59,323 bases of DNA, from positions 1 to 59,323 of the forward strand of contig CASPVX010000003.1 in NCBI GenBank assembly GCA_949425575.1. The letters run 5' to 3'. This stretch comes from an uncultured Bacilli bacterium (lineage in GTDB: Bacteria > Bacillota_I > Bacilli_A > RF39 > UBA660). This document shows positions 42,513-51,314 of the stretch, piece by piece; the stretch's first letter is position 1, and the number at the start of each line of letters is the position of its first letter. Below the pieces are notes generated by a model. It had not been told where the DNA came from. It saw nothing but the letters and a program-made list of their open reading frames with translations, and searched no databases. Position numbers and translations under genes: made by a program.

Positions 42513-42985
42513 ATGGGAAGATTAATAATGACACAAGAAGGTTATGATAAAAAACTGAAAGAGTTTAATAGAATAAAGCAAAAATTAAAACAAACCTCCA
42601 GAAATAAAATTGAAGCAGCTTATGATGGATCAGGCGATACATGGCATGACAATTTTACTTATGAACAATTAGATTTACAAGAAGAAGGGCTATTATCCCG
42701 TTTAGAAAATATGCAGGATGATTAAATAATACTGTTATTATAAAGAGAGAAAATCTTAATAATAATTTAATTAATATAGGTGATAAGGTTTTGGTAACAA
42801 TAATGTATTTTGATGGTGATAGTGAGGAATTGCTTCTTATATTAGATGATGGATCCAGTGAAAAAAATGCCGTGACCTTAAATTCCCCTTTAGGAAAAAT
42901 TTTATATAAGGCGGAAATAGGAAAAGAATATGAGTATAATGTTAATGATGAATTAAATAGAGTTATAATCAAGAAAAAATTGTAA
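42513..42985 (+). pseudogene. GreA/Rnk-like factor interrupted by a frameshift near 42720 (paralogue of 43050..43556)
   Basis: The N-part (42513..42725) stops at TAA. The C-part continues in another frame, open from 42722 (LNNTVIIKRENL...INIGDKVLVTIMYF...VTLNSPLGKILYKAE). Together they are collinear with the intact neighbour. Confidence 0.7.
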
Positions 42986-43049
42986 TATATTAATTAGTTT
43001 GACTTATTTTAACTAATGATATATTATAGCCAAATAAGAAGTGGTATAT

Positions 43050-43556
43050 ATGGCAAAATTAGTTTTAGATGCAGCTGGGTATGAAAATTATTTAGCAGAT
43101 ATTGCAGAATTAGAAGAAAAATTATCAAAATTAAGAAGATTTAAAGGTGAAGTTGCAGTTCATGAAGGAAATGTATGGCATGATAATTTTACATTTGAAC
43201 AAGCAGAGAATGAGGAAAGAATGCTTATGAGAGAAATTTCTAATAGATATAAATTATTGGCTGAGGCAGAAATAGTAGAAGTTGGCAATTCTTTAGGTGT
43301 AGAATTAAATGATATTGTAAGTATTGAGCTTAATACAGAATATGGTGTTAGAAATATGATTGTAAAATTAGTTTCAACTTTATCTGATAATGGCGATGAA
43401 ATTAAGGAAATAACCTTAAATAGTCCAATGGGACAGGCTATTTATCAAAAAGAACCAAATGCTGCTTTTTCATACTCAGTTAATGGTAGAATATTAACTG
43501 GTACAATAATGAATATAGAGAAACCTATTCTTTTGATAAAAAGTAGGGAAGAATAA
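43050..43556 (+). CDS. GreA/GreB/Rnk-like protein (coiled-coil plus Gre C-terminal domain)
   Basis: GNVWHDNFTFEQAE (position of the Gre GD.SENAEY block). C-domain ...ITLNSPMGQAIYQKE... Confidence 0.55.
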   Translation: MAKLVLDAAGYENYLADIAELEEKLSKLRRFKGEVAVHEGNVWHDNFTFEQAENEERMLMREISNRYKLLAEAEIVEVGNSLGVELNDIVSIELNTEYGVRNMIVKLVSTLSDNGDEIKEITLNSPMGQAIYQKEPNAAFSYSVNGRILTGTIMNIEKPILLIKSREE

Positions 43557-43557
43557 A

Positions 43558-44172
43558 ATGGTAATAGCGATTGAAGGTATGGATGGAGTAGGTAAGACGA
43601 CGATTGCTAAACATCTTTCAGAAAAATATGGTTTTGCTTTTATTGATAAACCTATAAAATATCTTTTTGGAAAAGAAAATGAAAAAATAACACCAGAATT
43701 AGACCGATTACTTAATTTAATTTATGATTATGATGATAATATAATAAAGACATGGTTTTTTGGATTAGGTAATATTATGGCAGTTAGAAATTTTGCAGGT
43801 CATGATATAATAATCGATAGACATTTTGTTTCTAACTACTACTGGAATAGTGATGATTCTTGTCAAGCGATTTATAGAGCCTTGTTTGATATAATAGGTA
43901 AACCTGATTTAACGATAATACTTTATGCTGATACTGAAACAAGAATGCAAAGAATTAAGCACAGGGATGAAACTGATCCAGATTTGTTTGATGATGAAAA
44001 ATATGATGATGGCTTTTCAAGAATGATAGAGTTTGTTGAAAATAATTCCCATTTTTATAGAGTAATTGATACAAGTGGTTTAACAATTAATGAAGTAAAA
44101 CATTCAGCTGATTCTATCATGGATGATTTTCTAAATAAAAATATATCTTTAGTGATGACAAAGACTAGATAA
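43558..44172 (+). CDS. Thymidylate-kinase-like P-loop (d)NMP kinase
   Basis: IAIEGMDGVGKTT P-loop (Tmk pattern ..EG.DG.GKTT), DRHFVSNYYW (Tmk DR...S..AY). Confidence 0.55.
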   Translation: MVIAIEGMDGVGKTTIAKHLSEKYGFAFIDKPIKYLFGKENEKITPELDRLLNLIYDYDDNIIKTWFFGLGNIMAVRNFAGHDIIIDRHFVSNYYWNSDDSCQAIYRALFDIIGKPDLTIILYADTETRMQRIKHRDETDPDLFDDEKYDDGFSRMIEFVENNSHFYRVIDTSGLTINEVKHSADSIMDDFLNKNISLVMTKTR

Positions 44173-44196
44173 AATAATATACAAATGGAGGAATGA

Positions 44197-45324
44197 ATGA
44201 TAAATTTAAAGAATGTTATAGAAAATGAATTAGAATTTGATTTATATTTGTCTAAAATAAATGAAATTAAAAACTATTTAATGACCTTTGGGAAAAGGTC
44301 TTTTTGGCAAATAGTAGAATATGTAGGCGGCAGTGAACGTAGGATGTTAAGATTGCTAGAAGAAATGGTTAATGAAAAAATTATTTATTTTGATAAACTA
44401 GATAATACCTTCTATTTGAAAAATAACAAAAGTAATAAGCATGATGATTATAAGTGCAAATATTGTAATGGTAGTACCGTCGAATTAAAAAAATTGAATA
44501 ATTTAATTCCAATTATGAAAAAGATATGGGAATCAAAGCCCAAACCAACATTATTATTTGATCAAAGACCAGTAACATTAAAAACTTCATTAAAAAGAGT
44601 GGCTTATTTTTTAAATAATAATGATGTATATCAAAAAAATATTGTTTTTCTTGGTGATGATGATTTAACCGGAATTTGTTTAGCATTAGCCAATAAAGAT
44701 TGTAATGTTACTGTTTTAGATGCTGATAAAAGATTAATTGATTTTATAAATGATATAGCACAAAAATATAAATTAAAAATTAATGCGAGAGTTTTAAATG
44801 TTATGAACAAAATCCCAAAAGATTTACGAATGAAATTTGATGTTTTAATGACAGATCCAACGCCAGAAAAAATACCATTCACTGTTTTTATGAATGCTGC
44901 TATAGATCTTTTAAAAAAAGAGGGTGTGCTGTATACCTCAATATATTCAAGTGCAATGATGAAAAATATGGATTTACAAAGAATTATAACGGACATGGGA
45001 TTATATATTACAGAAATGATCTCTGGTTTTACTCATTATCAATATATTTACAATTTATATTCTACTAAAGATGTTGATTTGTTAAACAAATATAATATAA
45101 AATTTAATGACGATAGTATATGTTTTACGGAAACAATGTTTAGATTAGAAAAAAATATTAATACAGTAAAATTACCTATTGAATATAGTTCTGAACAAAT
45201 GATGGGAAAAGCGACTAAAAGGGTAATTAATAATGACGATGCTGAAGTTGCAGAAAACAGTGTTTATTTAACAAATTTAAAAAAAAGTATGAAAAATAGT
45301 ATTAAGGAAACATATAGGAGTTAG
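44197..45324 (+). CDS. BpsA/DUF43-type aminopropyltransferase (branched-chain polyamine synthase-like) with N-terminal wHTH-like region
   Basis: FDQRPVT, VFLGDDDLTGICLAL, VTVLDADKRLIDFI, FDVLMTDPTPEK. Confidence 0.65.
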   Translation: MINLKNVIENELEFDLYLSKINEIKNYLMTFGKRSFWQIVEYVGGSERRMLRLLEEMVNEKIIYFDKLDNTFYLKNNKSNKHDDYKCKYCNGSTVELKKLNNLIPIMKKIWESKPKPTLLFDQRPVTLKTSLKRVAYFLNNNDVYQKNIVFLGDDDLTGICLALANKDCNVTVLDADKRLIDFINDIAQKYKLKINARVLNVMNKIPKDLRMKFDVLMTDPTPEKIPFTVFMNAAIDLLKKEGVLYTSIYSSAMMKNMDLQRIITDMGLYITEMISGFTHYQYIYNLYSTKDVDLLNKYNIKFNDDSICFTETMFRLEKNINTVKLPIEYSSEQMMGKATKRVINNDDAEVAENSVYLTNLKKSMKNSIKETYRS

Positions 45325-45325
45325 T

Positions 45326-45694
45326 ATGACAATAGGTAGACAAGCAATTATGGATGTTTATGATTATAAGAAGATAGATGTCGAAAATATAGAAGAGATA
45401 AAGGAAATGCTCATAAAATCGGCAAAAGAATCAAATTTACATATAGTAGACTCTAAATTCCATAAATTTGAACCGATTGGAATTAGTGGTGTTTTAATTT
45501 TGGCGGAATCTCACTTGACTATTCATACATGGCCTGAGTATAATTATATTGCAATAGATATTTTCACTTGTGGTAATAGCATTAATCCAGTGGCAGCTTG
45601 CGAAATTATTGCAAAAAATATTTGTTCTAATAATTTTGATATAAAATATTATGAAAGGGGAGATAAAAATGCAATATCAAGAATTGGAAATTAA
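45326..45694 (+). CDS. speH: S-adenosylmethionine decarboxylase proenzyme (pyruvoyl, class 1)
   Basis: GISGVLILAESHLTIHTWPEYNYIAIDIFTCG, the self-cleavage ES site and flanks as in B. subtilis SpeD. Confidence 0.9.
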   Translation: MTIGRQAIMDVYDYKKIDVENIEEIKEMLIKSAKESNLHIVDSKFHKFEPIGISGVLILAESHLTIHTWPEYNYIAIDIFTCGNSINPVAACEIIAKNICSNNFDIKYYERGDKNAISRIGN

Positions 45695-46475
45695 GTTGTT
45701 AGGAATAAATAAGGAAGAAATAATCAAAAAACTAAATGATTTGGGTGCAAAATTTGAAGGTGATAGGATCCAAAAAATTTATACATATGATTGTTATGAT
45801 CCTATTTTAATGTATAAATTAGCCATTGAAGATTATAAAATAACTGGTCTTAGAAATGCCTTAAGAAAAATTATTAATGTAATTTCCTATATTAAACCAA
45901 CTTTTATAGATGAGGATAAGCTTATTTTTAAGGAAATCCTAGGTTATGATACTATAGATGATTATATTGAAAGTAATTTTGAGAATATTGATATTGGTAA
46001 ATTAACAAATAAAAAAATACTTTCTGTTATAGAAGAAACAAAAAATAGATTTTTTAAATGGATTCGTTTAAGACAAGATGGAGAGAAAATAGAACTAACT
46101 TTAAAATATATTTACAATACTAATGCGGAATATGAAATTGATCAAGTTAAAGAAGTAGAAATACTTGTAAATGATTTTGAAACAGCTAATAAATTGGTTG
46201 AAGAAATGGGATATTTCAAAAGAAAATTAGTTGAAAAAAGAAGAATTAGTTATACTTATAATGATTTACAAATAGAGATTGATGAATGGCCATTGCTTGA
46301 ACCCTATGTTGAAATTGAAGGTACAAATGCTGATGAGATTTATGCATTAGCTAAAAAGCTAGGATATGCTAAAAATAAAACAAAAGTAATGAATACAGAG
46401 GATGTTTATCTTGCTAAAGGAATAGATTTAACTAATTATGAAGTTATGACCTTTGATTATCAGGAGCTAGCATAA
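45669..46475 (+). CDS. CYTH-domain (triphosphate tunnel metalloenzyme / CyaB-like) protein with an internal insertion
   Basis: N-terminal ExExK (QELEIKL), WIRLR, ELTLKY, EVEI, EIDEW..EPYVEIE. AGGGGAG RBS. Start lies inside the speH 3' end. Confidence 0.65.
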   Translation: MQYQELEIKLLGINKEEIIKKLNDLGAKFEGDRIQKIYTYDCYDPILMYKLAIEDYKITGLRNALRKIINVISYIKPTFIDEDKLIFKEILGYDTIDDYIESNFENIDIGKLTNKKILSVIEETKNRFFKWIRLRQDGEKIELTLKYIYNTNAEYEIDQVKEVEILVNDFETANKLVEEMGYFKRKLVEKRRISYTYNDLQIEIDEWPLLEPYVEIEGTNADEIYALAKKLGYAKNKTKVMNTEDVYLAKGIDLTNYEVMTFDYQELA

Positions 46476-46514
46476 GAAAAGAGTATAAGTTTTTTTCTGA
46501 AAAAGGAGTATTTT

Positions 46515-47159
46515 ATGACTTGGTATGATATATATTTAAACGAAATAAAACTAAAAAAAAATGCAAAAAATTATATAGAAGATAAAGTAAAACACAAACA
46601 GATTTTTATAAAAATGTTAAAAAAATATGGCGACATGGGAAATGGGAAGTTAATAGAAGCGGGCTGTGGTACAGGAATTATATCATCATATATGGCTTCA
46701 TTTGGATATAGTGTTGTTGGAGTTGATATAGATGAAAATATTCTTGAATTATCTAGTAATTTAGCTCAGGAGTATTTTGGCAAAAAAGGAAAAATTTCAT
46801 TTATAAAAAAATCAATTTTTAATTTAAAATACAAATACAAAGAATTTGATGTATGTTTTAGTAATGGTGTGTTAGAACATTTTGAAGACAGCGATATAAT
46901 AAATTCTTTAAAGCAACAATTATATATTTCAAAGTATGTAATTGTAGGAATACCAACACAATTTTTTAATCAAGATGAGGCCTTATATGGAGATGAACGC
47001 TTTTTGCCATTAAAGCATTGGAGGAAACTTATAAAAAAATCTGGCGGAAAAATTATTGAGGAGCATTCTTTTCATTATATGTCTCTTTTTGAAAAAATAA
47101 TGGCATTTAATAAAGTGGGTAGGCCAAAACCTTTTAGATTATTTGTTATTGAAAGCTAA
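46515..47159 (+). CDS. Class I SAM-dependent methyltransferase
   Basis: LIEAGCGTGIIS (motif I), VVGVDID (motif II), FSNGVLEHF. Confidence 0.75.
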   Translation: MTWYDIYLNEIKLKKNAKNYIEDKVKHKQIFIKMLKKYGDMGNGKLIEAGCGTGIISSYMASFGYSVVGVDIDENILELSSNLAQEYFGKKGKISFIKKSIFNLKYKYKEFDVCFSNGVLEHFEDSDIINSLKQQLYISKYVIVGIPTQFFNQDEALYGDERFLPLKHWRKLIKKSGGKIIEEHSFHYMSLFEKIMAFNKVGRPKPFRLFVIES

Positions 47160-47178
47160 ACTTATGTCCAATACAAAT

Positions 47179-47205
47179 AAAAAAGACTTTTATAGTCTTT
47201 TTTTA
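47179..47205 (+). terminator. Intrinsic terminator closing the six-gene operon
   Basis: Stem AAAAGACT/AGTCTTTT, 5-nt loop, T-run. Confidence 0.75.
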
Positions 47206-47239
47206 ATTTGTTAATCGTATACTTAAATGGTGACTGGAC

Positions 47240-49144
47240 ATGTTTACAAAAAATATTCATTCGCGTATGAAAATAGCAGTTTTATGTTTTGCTTTTTTGT
47301 TTCTTGTAATTATAGGGAAAGTGTTTTATATTCAGGTAATTGATTATAAAAAAATAAATGGCTATGCTGAAAATTTATGGAGTCGTAATTTACCTATAAA
47401 AGCTGATAGAGGAATTATTTATGATAGAAATGGTGTTATTTTAGCTGATAATGTAACAACAACTTCTTTAGTTGTAATTCCAAATCAAATAAAAGATAAG
47501 AAAAAAGTTGCAGTTGATTTAGCCAAAATATTAAATGTTAGTGAAGATGCAATGTATAAGCATATTAGTAAAAAAACATCAATTGAAAGAGTTCATCCAG
47601 AAGGAAGACGTTTATCTTATGAAATAGCTGATAAGATTAAAAATTTAAACTATGAAGGTGTTTATTTAGTAAAGGAATCTAAAAGAAATTATCCTGGAGA
47701 TACTTATTTATCACATACCTTAGGATATGTAGGAATTGATAATCAAGGCCTTAGCGGACTTGAACTTATGTATGATGATTGTTTAACTGGTGAAGATGGG
47801 GCAATTAAATATTTTAGTGACGCTAAAGGAAATAAGCTTAAATTAAACGAAGTTTATGAGCAACCTCAGAAAGGTATGAATATCACATTAACAATTAATG
47901 ATGAAATTCAAAAGGCAGTTGAAAAAGAACTTGATAATGCTGTTACTAAATATAATCCAGACAGAGTTATCGCACTAGTGATGAATCCTAATAATGGAGA
48001 AATACTAGCTATGTCATCAAGACCTAATTTTTCTCCAGCAAATTATCAAAAATATACAGTAGAAGAGATTAATAGAAATTTGCCAATTTGGGCTACTTAT
48101 GAACCAGGATCAACTTTTAAAATAATTACATTAAGTGCAGCATTAGAAGAAGGTAAGGTTGATTTACATAAAGATAAATATCATGATAGTGGATCTATAA
48201 GAGTAGAAAATGCTACTTTGCACTGTTGGAAACATGGCGGGCATGGGTCTGAAACATTTATGCAAGTAGTTGAAAACTCATGCAATCCTGGATTTGTTGT
48301 GTTAGGACAGAGGCTTGGCAAAAATACATTATTTGATTATATTGATAAATTTGGATTTGGCGCAAAAACAGGTGTTGATTTAAATGGAGAAGCTAGTGGA
48401 ATTATTTTTAGTAGAGATAAAGTAGGACCTGTAGAGCAAGCTACAACTGCGTTTGGGCAAGGTGTTTCTGTAACCCCAATACAACAAGTAACTGCAGTAA
48501 GCGCAGCTATCAATGGAGGTATTTTATATAAGCCTTATATTGTAAAAAGTATTAATGAACCAGAAACAAATACTGTAGTTAAACAAAATAATAAAACAAT
48601 GGTTAGAAGAGTTGTTAGTGAAAAAACAAGTAAAGAGGTAAGAGAGGCTTTAGAAAGTGTTGTTAGTAATGGTACTGGAAGAACTGCTTATATAGATGGA
48701 TATAGAGTTGGTGGAAAAACAGGAACCGCCCAAAAAGTATCTAATGGTAGATACTTATATAATAATTATATTTTATCTTTTATCGGTTTTCTTCCTGCTG
48801 ATAAACCAGAAGTTGTAGTTTACTTTGCGATTGATAATCCAAAAGGAGTTCAGCAGTTTGGTGGTGTTATAGCAGGTCCTCCTGCAAAAACAATTTTAGA
48901 AGCATCGATAACCGCTTTAAATATTGAAAAACCTACTGGAGGAACTGAAAAAAAATATAACTATTTAGATAAAAAATATATAACAGTTTCTAATGTGGTA
49001 GGAATGGATGTAAATAAGGCAAAAGAAACACTTAAAGACTTTGAAGTAAAAGTTGATGGTAATGGAAAAACAATTACATATCAATCTCCAGAAGCTGGTT
49101 CAAGAATTTTAGAAGGATCTAAAGTTAGAGTATATACAGGATAG
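47240..49144 (+). CDS. spoVD: Class B penicillin-binding protein, SpoVD-type (one PASTA domain)
   Basis: EPGSTFK, SCN, KTGTAQ. A single C-terminal PASTA domain. Position upstream of mraY. Confidence 0.8.
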   Translation: MFTKNIHSRMKIAVLCFAFLFLVIIGKVFYIQVIDYKKINGYAENLWSRNLPIKADRGIIYDRNGVILADNVTTTSLVVIPNQIKDKKKVAVDLAKILNVSEDAMYKHISKKTSIERVHPEGRRLSYEIADKIKNLNYEGVYLVKESKRNYPGDTYLSHTLGYVGIDNQGLSGLELMYDDCLTGEDGAIKYFSDAKGNKLKLNEVYEQPQKGMNITLTINDEIQKAVEKELDNAVTKYNPDRVIALVMNPNNGEILAMSSRPNFSPANYQKYTVEEINRNLPIWATYEPGSTFKIITLSAALEEGKVDLHKDKYHDSGSIRVENATLHCWKHGGHGSETFMQVVENSCNPGFVVLGQRLGKNTLFDYIDKFGFGAKTGVDLNGEASGIIFSRDKVGPVEQATTAFGQGVSVTPIQQVTAVSAAINGGILYKPYIVKSINEPETNTVVKQNNKTMVRRVVSEKTSKEVREALESVVSNGTGRTAYIDGYRVGGKTGTAQKVSNGRYLYNNYILSFIGFLPADKPEVVVYFAIDNPKGVQQFGGVIAGPPAKTILEASITALNIEKPTGGTEKKYNYLDKKYITVSNVVGMDVNKAKETLKDFEVKVDGNGKTITYQSPEAGSRILEGSKVRVYTG

Positions 49145-49154
49145 GGGGAATAAA

Positions 49155-50147
49155 ATGTTAATAATGACAAAAATGGTTATGGCAATGATGATTGGTTTTA
49201 TAATTTCACTTTTAGTGTCTTTATTAATAATTCCTTTTCTTTCTAAGATGAAAGCAAATCAAAGCGAAAGTATCTATTTAAGAGAAGCTCATAAAAGCAA
49301 AGAGGGTACCCCAACTTTAGGAGGACTTATCTTTATAATAGCAACTTTAATAATTGTTTTCATATTTTTATATTTAGGTAAAATACATATGTCACATACC
49401 TTAGCTATTATTTTATTTACTTTTTTTGCCTATGCCATTATAGGTATGATAGATGACTTACTAATTGTAAAAAGGCATAATAATAAAGGATTATCTAGAA
49501 CACAAAAATTAATAATGCAAATAGTGGTAGCTATTATATTTTTCTATTTATTTTTAAAAGGGGATAATGAACCATTATTATGGGTTCACAGTTTAAACTT
49601 TAAACTTGATATTGGCTTTTGGTATGGATTTTTCATTCTATTTGTTTTAGTTGCAAGTAGTAATGCAGTTAATTTAACTGATGGGTTAGATGGTCTTGCT
49701 GGGGGTCTTTGTTTTATAGCATTTTTAGTCTTTGGAATTTTAAGTCTAAGAGCTGACTGGTTAGAAGGTTATATTGATATTGCTATAGTAGCATTTGTAA
49801 TCGCTGGAACTTTGTTAGGGTTTTTAATTTTTAATACTCATCCGGCTAAAATATTTATGGGGGATACTGGTTCACTTTGTTTAGGAGCTACTTTAGGAGC
49901 TTATGCAATTATGACAAGACACGAATTACTTCTCGCTTTAATTGGAATAGTGTTCGTAATTGAAACTCTTTCATGTATGATTCAAATTGGCTATTATAAA
50001 ATGACAAAAAAAAGATTATTTTTAATGACACCAATTCATCATTCCCTAGAAAAAAGGGGTTTTTGTGAAAGTGATATTGTTAAAATCTTTTGGACTTTAG
50101 GTCTTATGGCAGCTATGCTATCACTTGTATATGGGGTGTGGTTATGA
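49155..50147 (+). CDS. mraY: Phospho-N-acetylmuramoyl-pentapeptide transferase
   Basis: GTPTLGG, NAVNLTDGLDGLA, FMGDTGSL. Confidence 0.92.
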   Translation: MLIMTKMVMAMMIGFIISLLVSLLIIPFLSKMKANQSESIYLREAHKSKEGTPTLGGLIFIIATLIIVFIFLYLGKIHMSHTLAIILFTFFAYAIIGMIDDLLIVKRHNNKGLSRTQKLIMQIVVAIIFFYLFLKGDNEPLLWVHSLNFKLDIGFWYGFFILFVLVASSNAVNLTDGLDGLAGGLCFIAFLVFGILSLRADWLEGYIDIAIVAFVIAGTLLGFLIFNTHPAKIFMGDTGSLCLGATLGAYAIMTRHELLLALIGIVFVIETLSCMIQIGYYKMTKKRLFLMTPIHHSLEKRGFCESDIVKIFWTLGLMAAMLSLVYGVWL

Positions 50148-51211
50148 AAAAAAATACCTTTTTCTTTATTATGAGCATCACTTTAATTTCGCTATTTGGA
50201 CTTATGATGGTATATTCAGCTTCGTATGTTTGGGCAGATTATAAATTTGCAGATCCATATAAATATCTTAAGAATCAAGGGTTGTTTTTAATTCTCGGAT
50301 TTGTGTTAATGTATTTTATTAGTAAGATAGATTACCGAGTTTATTTAAAACATAGTAATAAAATATTTTTAATTTGCTTTATACTGTTAATTTTAGTTTT
50401 AATATTTGGTACTGAAAGAAACGGAAGTAAAAGTTGGTTTGGTATTGGTTCGTTTGGAGTGCAGCCTAGTGAATTTATGAAACTTGCTTTAGCTATTTTA
50501 ATAGCGAAGATTTTATCTTTTAATAAACTTACAGATAAATTAGTTTTTAAAATTCTAATACTTGCAGTTTTAGTTTTTGGTCTTATTATGTTACAACCTG
50601 ATTTTGGAACAGGTGTTATTATACTTATGGGAACAGTAGGGCTTTTATTTGCTGCTGGAGCTAATTTAAAGTTTTTTGGAAAACTGGGAATAATGGGAAT
50701 AGCTGCTTTTGCAGTATTAATAGCTTCTGCGCCTTATAGAATAAAAAGAATACTATCATTTTTAAATCCTTGGGAAGATCCTTTAGGTAGTGGCTTTCAA
50801 ATTATTCAAAGTTTATATGCAATAGGACCTGGAGGACTTTTAGGATTTGGGCTTGGTAATTCAAGGCAAAAACACTTTTATTTACCTGAACCACAAACAG
50901 ACTTTATTTTTTCAATTATAAGTGAAGAGTTTGGATTTTTAGGAATTTTACTTCTTGCGATTTTATTTACAATAATTATTGTATGTGGGGTTAATATTGC
51001 TTTAAAGTCAAAGGATTTATTTGGAAAATTTTTAGCCTTTGGAATTATATTTGAGTTAGCTTTTCAAACAATTCTTAATTTAATGGTTGTAGTAGGGCTT
51101 ATTCCAGTAACTGGAGTAACACTTCCATTTTTAAGTTATGGTGGATCTAGTTTAATGATTACATTAATGAGTATGGGAATTATTTTAAACATATCAAAAC
51201 ATCAGAAGTGA
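50144..51211 (+). CDS. ftsW: FtsW/SpoVE (SEDS family) peptidoglycan polymerase
   Basis: ATGA overlap with the mraY stop. SWFGIG.FGVQPSEFMK, PDFGT, LPEPQTDFIF, GVTLPFLSYGGSS. Confidence 0.88.
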   Translation: MKKNTFFFIMSITLISLFGLMMVYSASYVWADYKFADPYKYLKNQGLFLILGFVLMYFISKIDYRVYLKHSNKIFLICFILLILVLIFGTERNGSKSWFGIGSFGVQPSEFMKLALAILIAKILSFNKLTDKLVFKILILAVLVFGLIMLQPDFGTGVIILMGTVGLLFAAGANLKFFGKLGIMGIAAFAVLIASAPYRIKRILSFLNPWEDPLGSGFQIIQSLYAIGPGGLLGFGLGNSRQKHFYLPEPQTDFIFSIISEEFGFLGILLLAILFTIIIVCGVNIALKSKDLFGKFLAFGIIFELAFQTILNLMVVVGLIPVTGVTLPFLSYGGSSLMITLMSMGIILNISKHQK

Positions 51212-51220
51212 TGTTTTTTT
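51197..51220 (+). terminator. Intrinsic terminator overlapping the ftsW stop
   Basis: Stem AAACATCA/TGATGTTT, loop GAAG, T-run. Confidence 0.7.
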
Positions 51221-51314
51221 AATTAGTTAATTAAATGTAAAGGTTGATATATTTCAATTGAAAGTGATGTATTAAAGGGGGTATAATAAAAATAGAAAGA
51301 TAAGGAGTAACATT

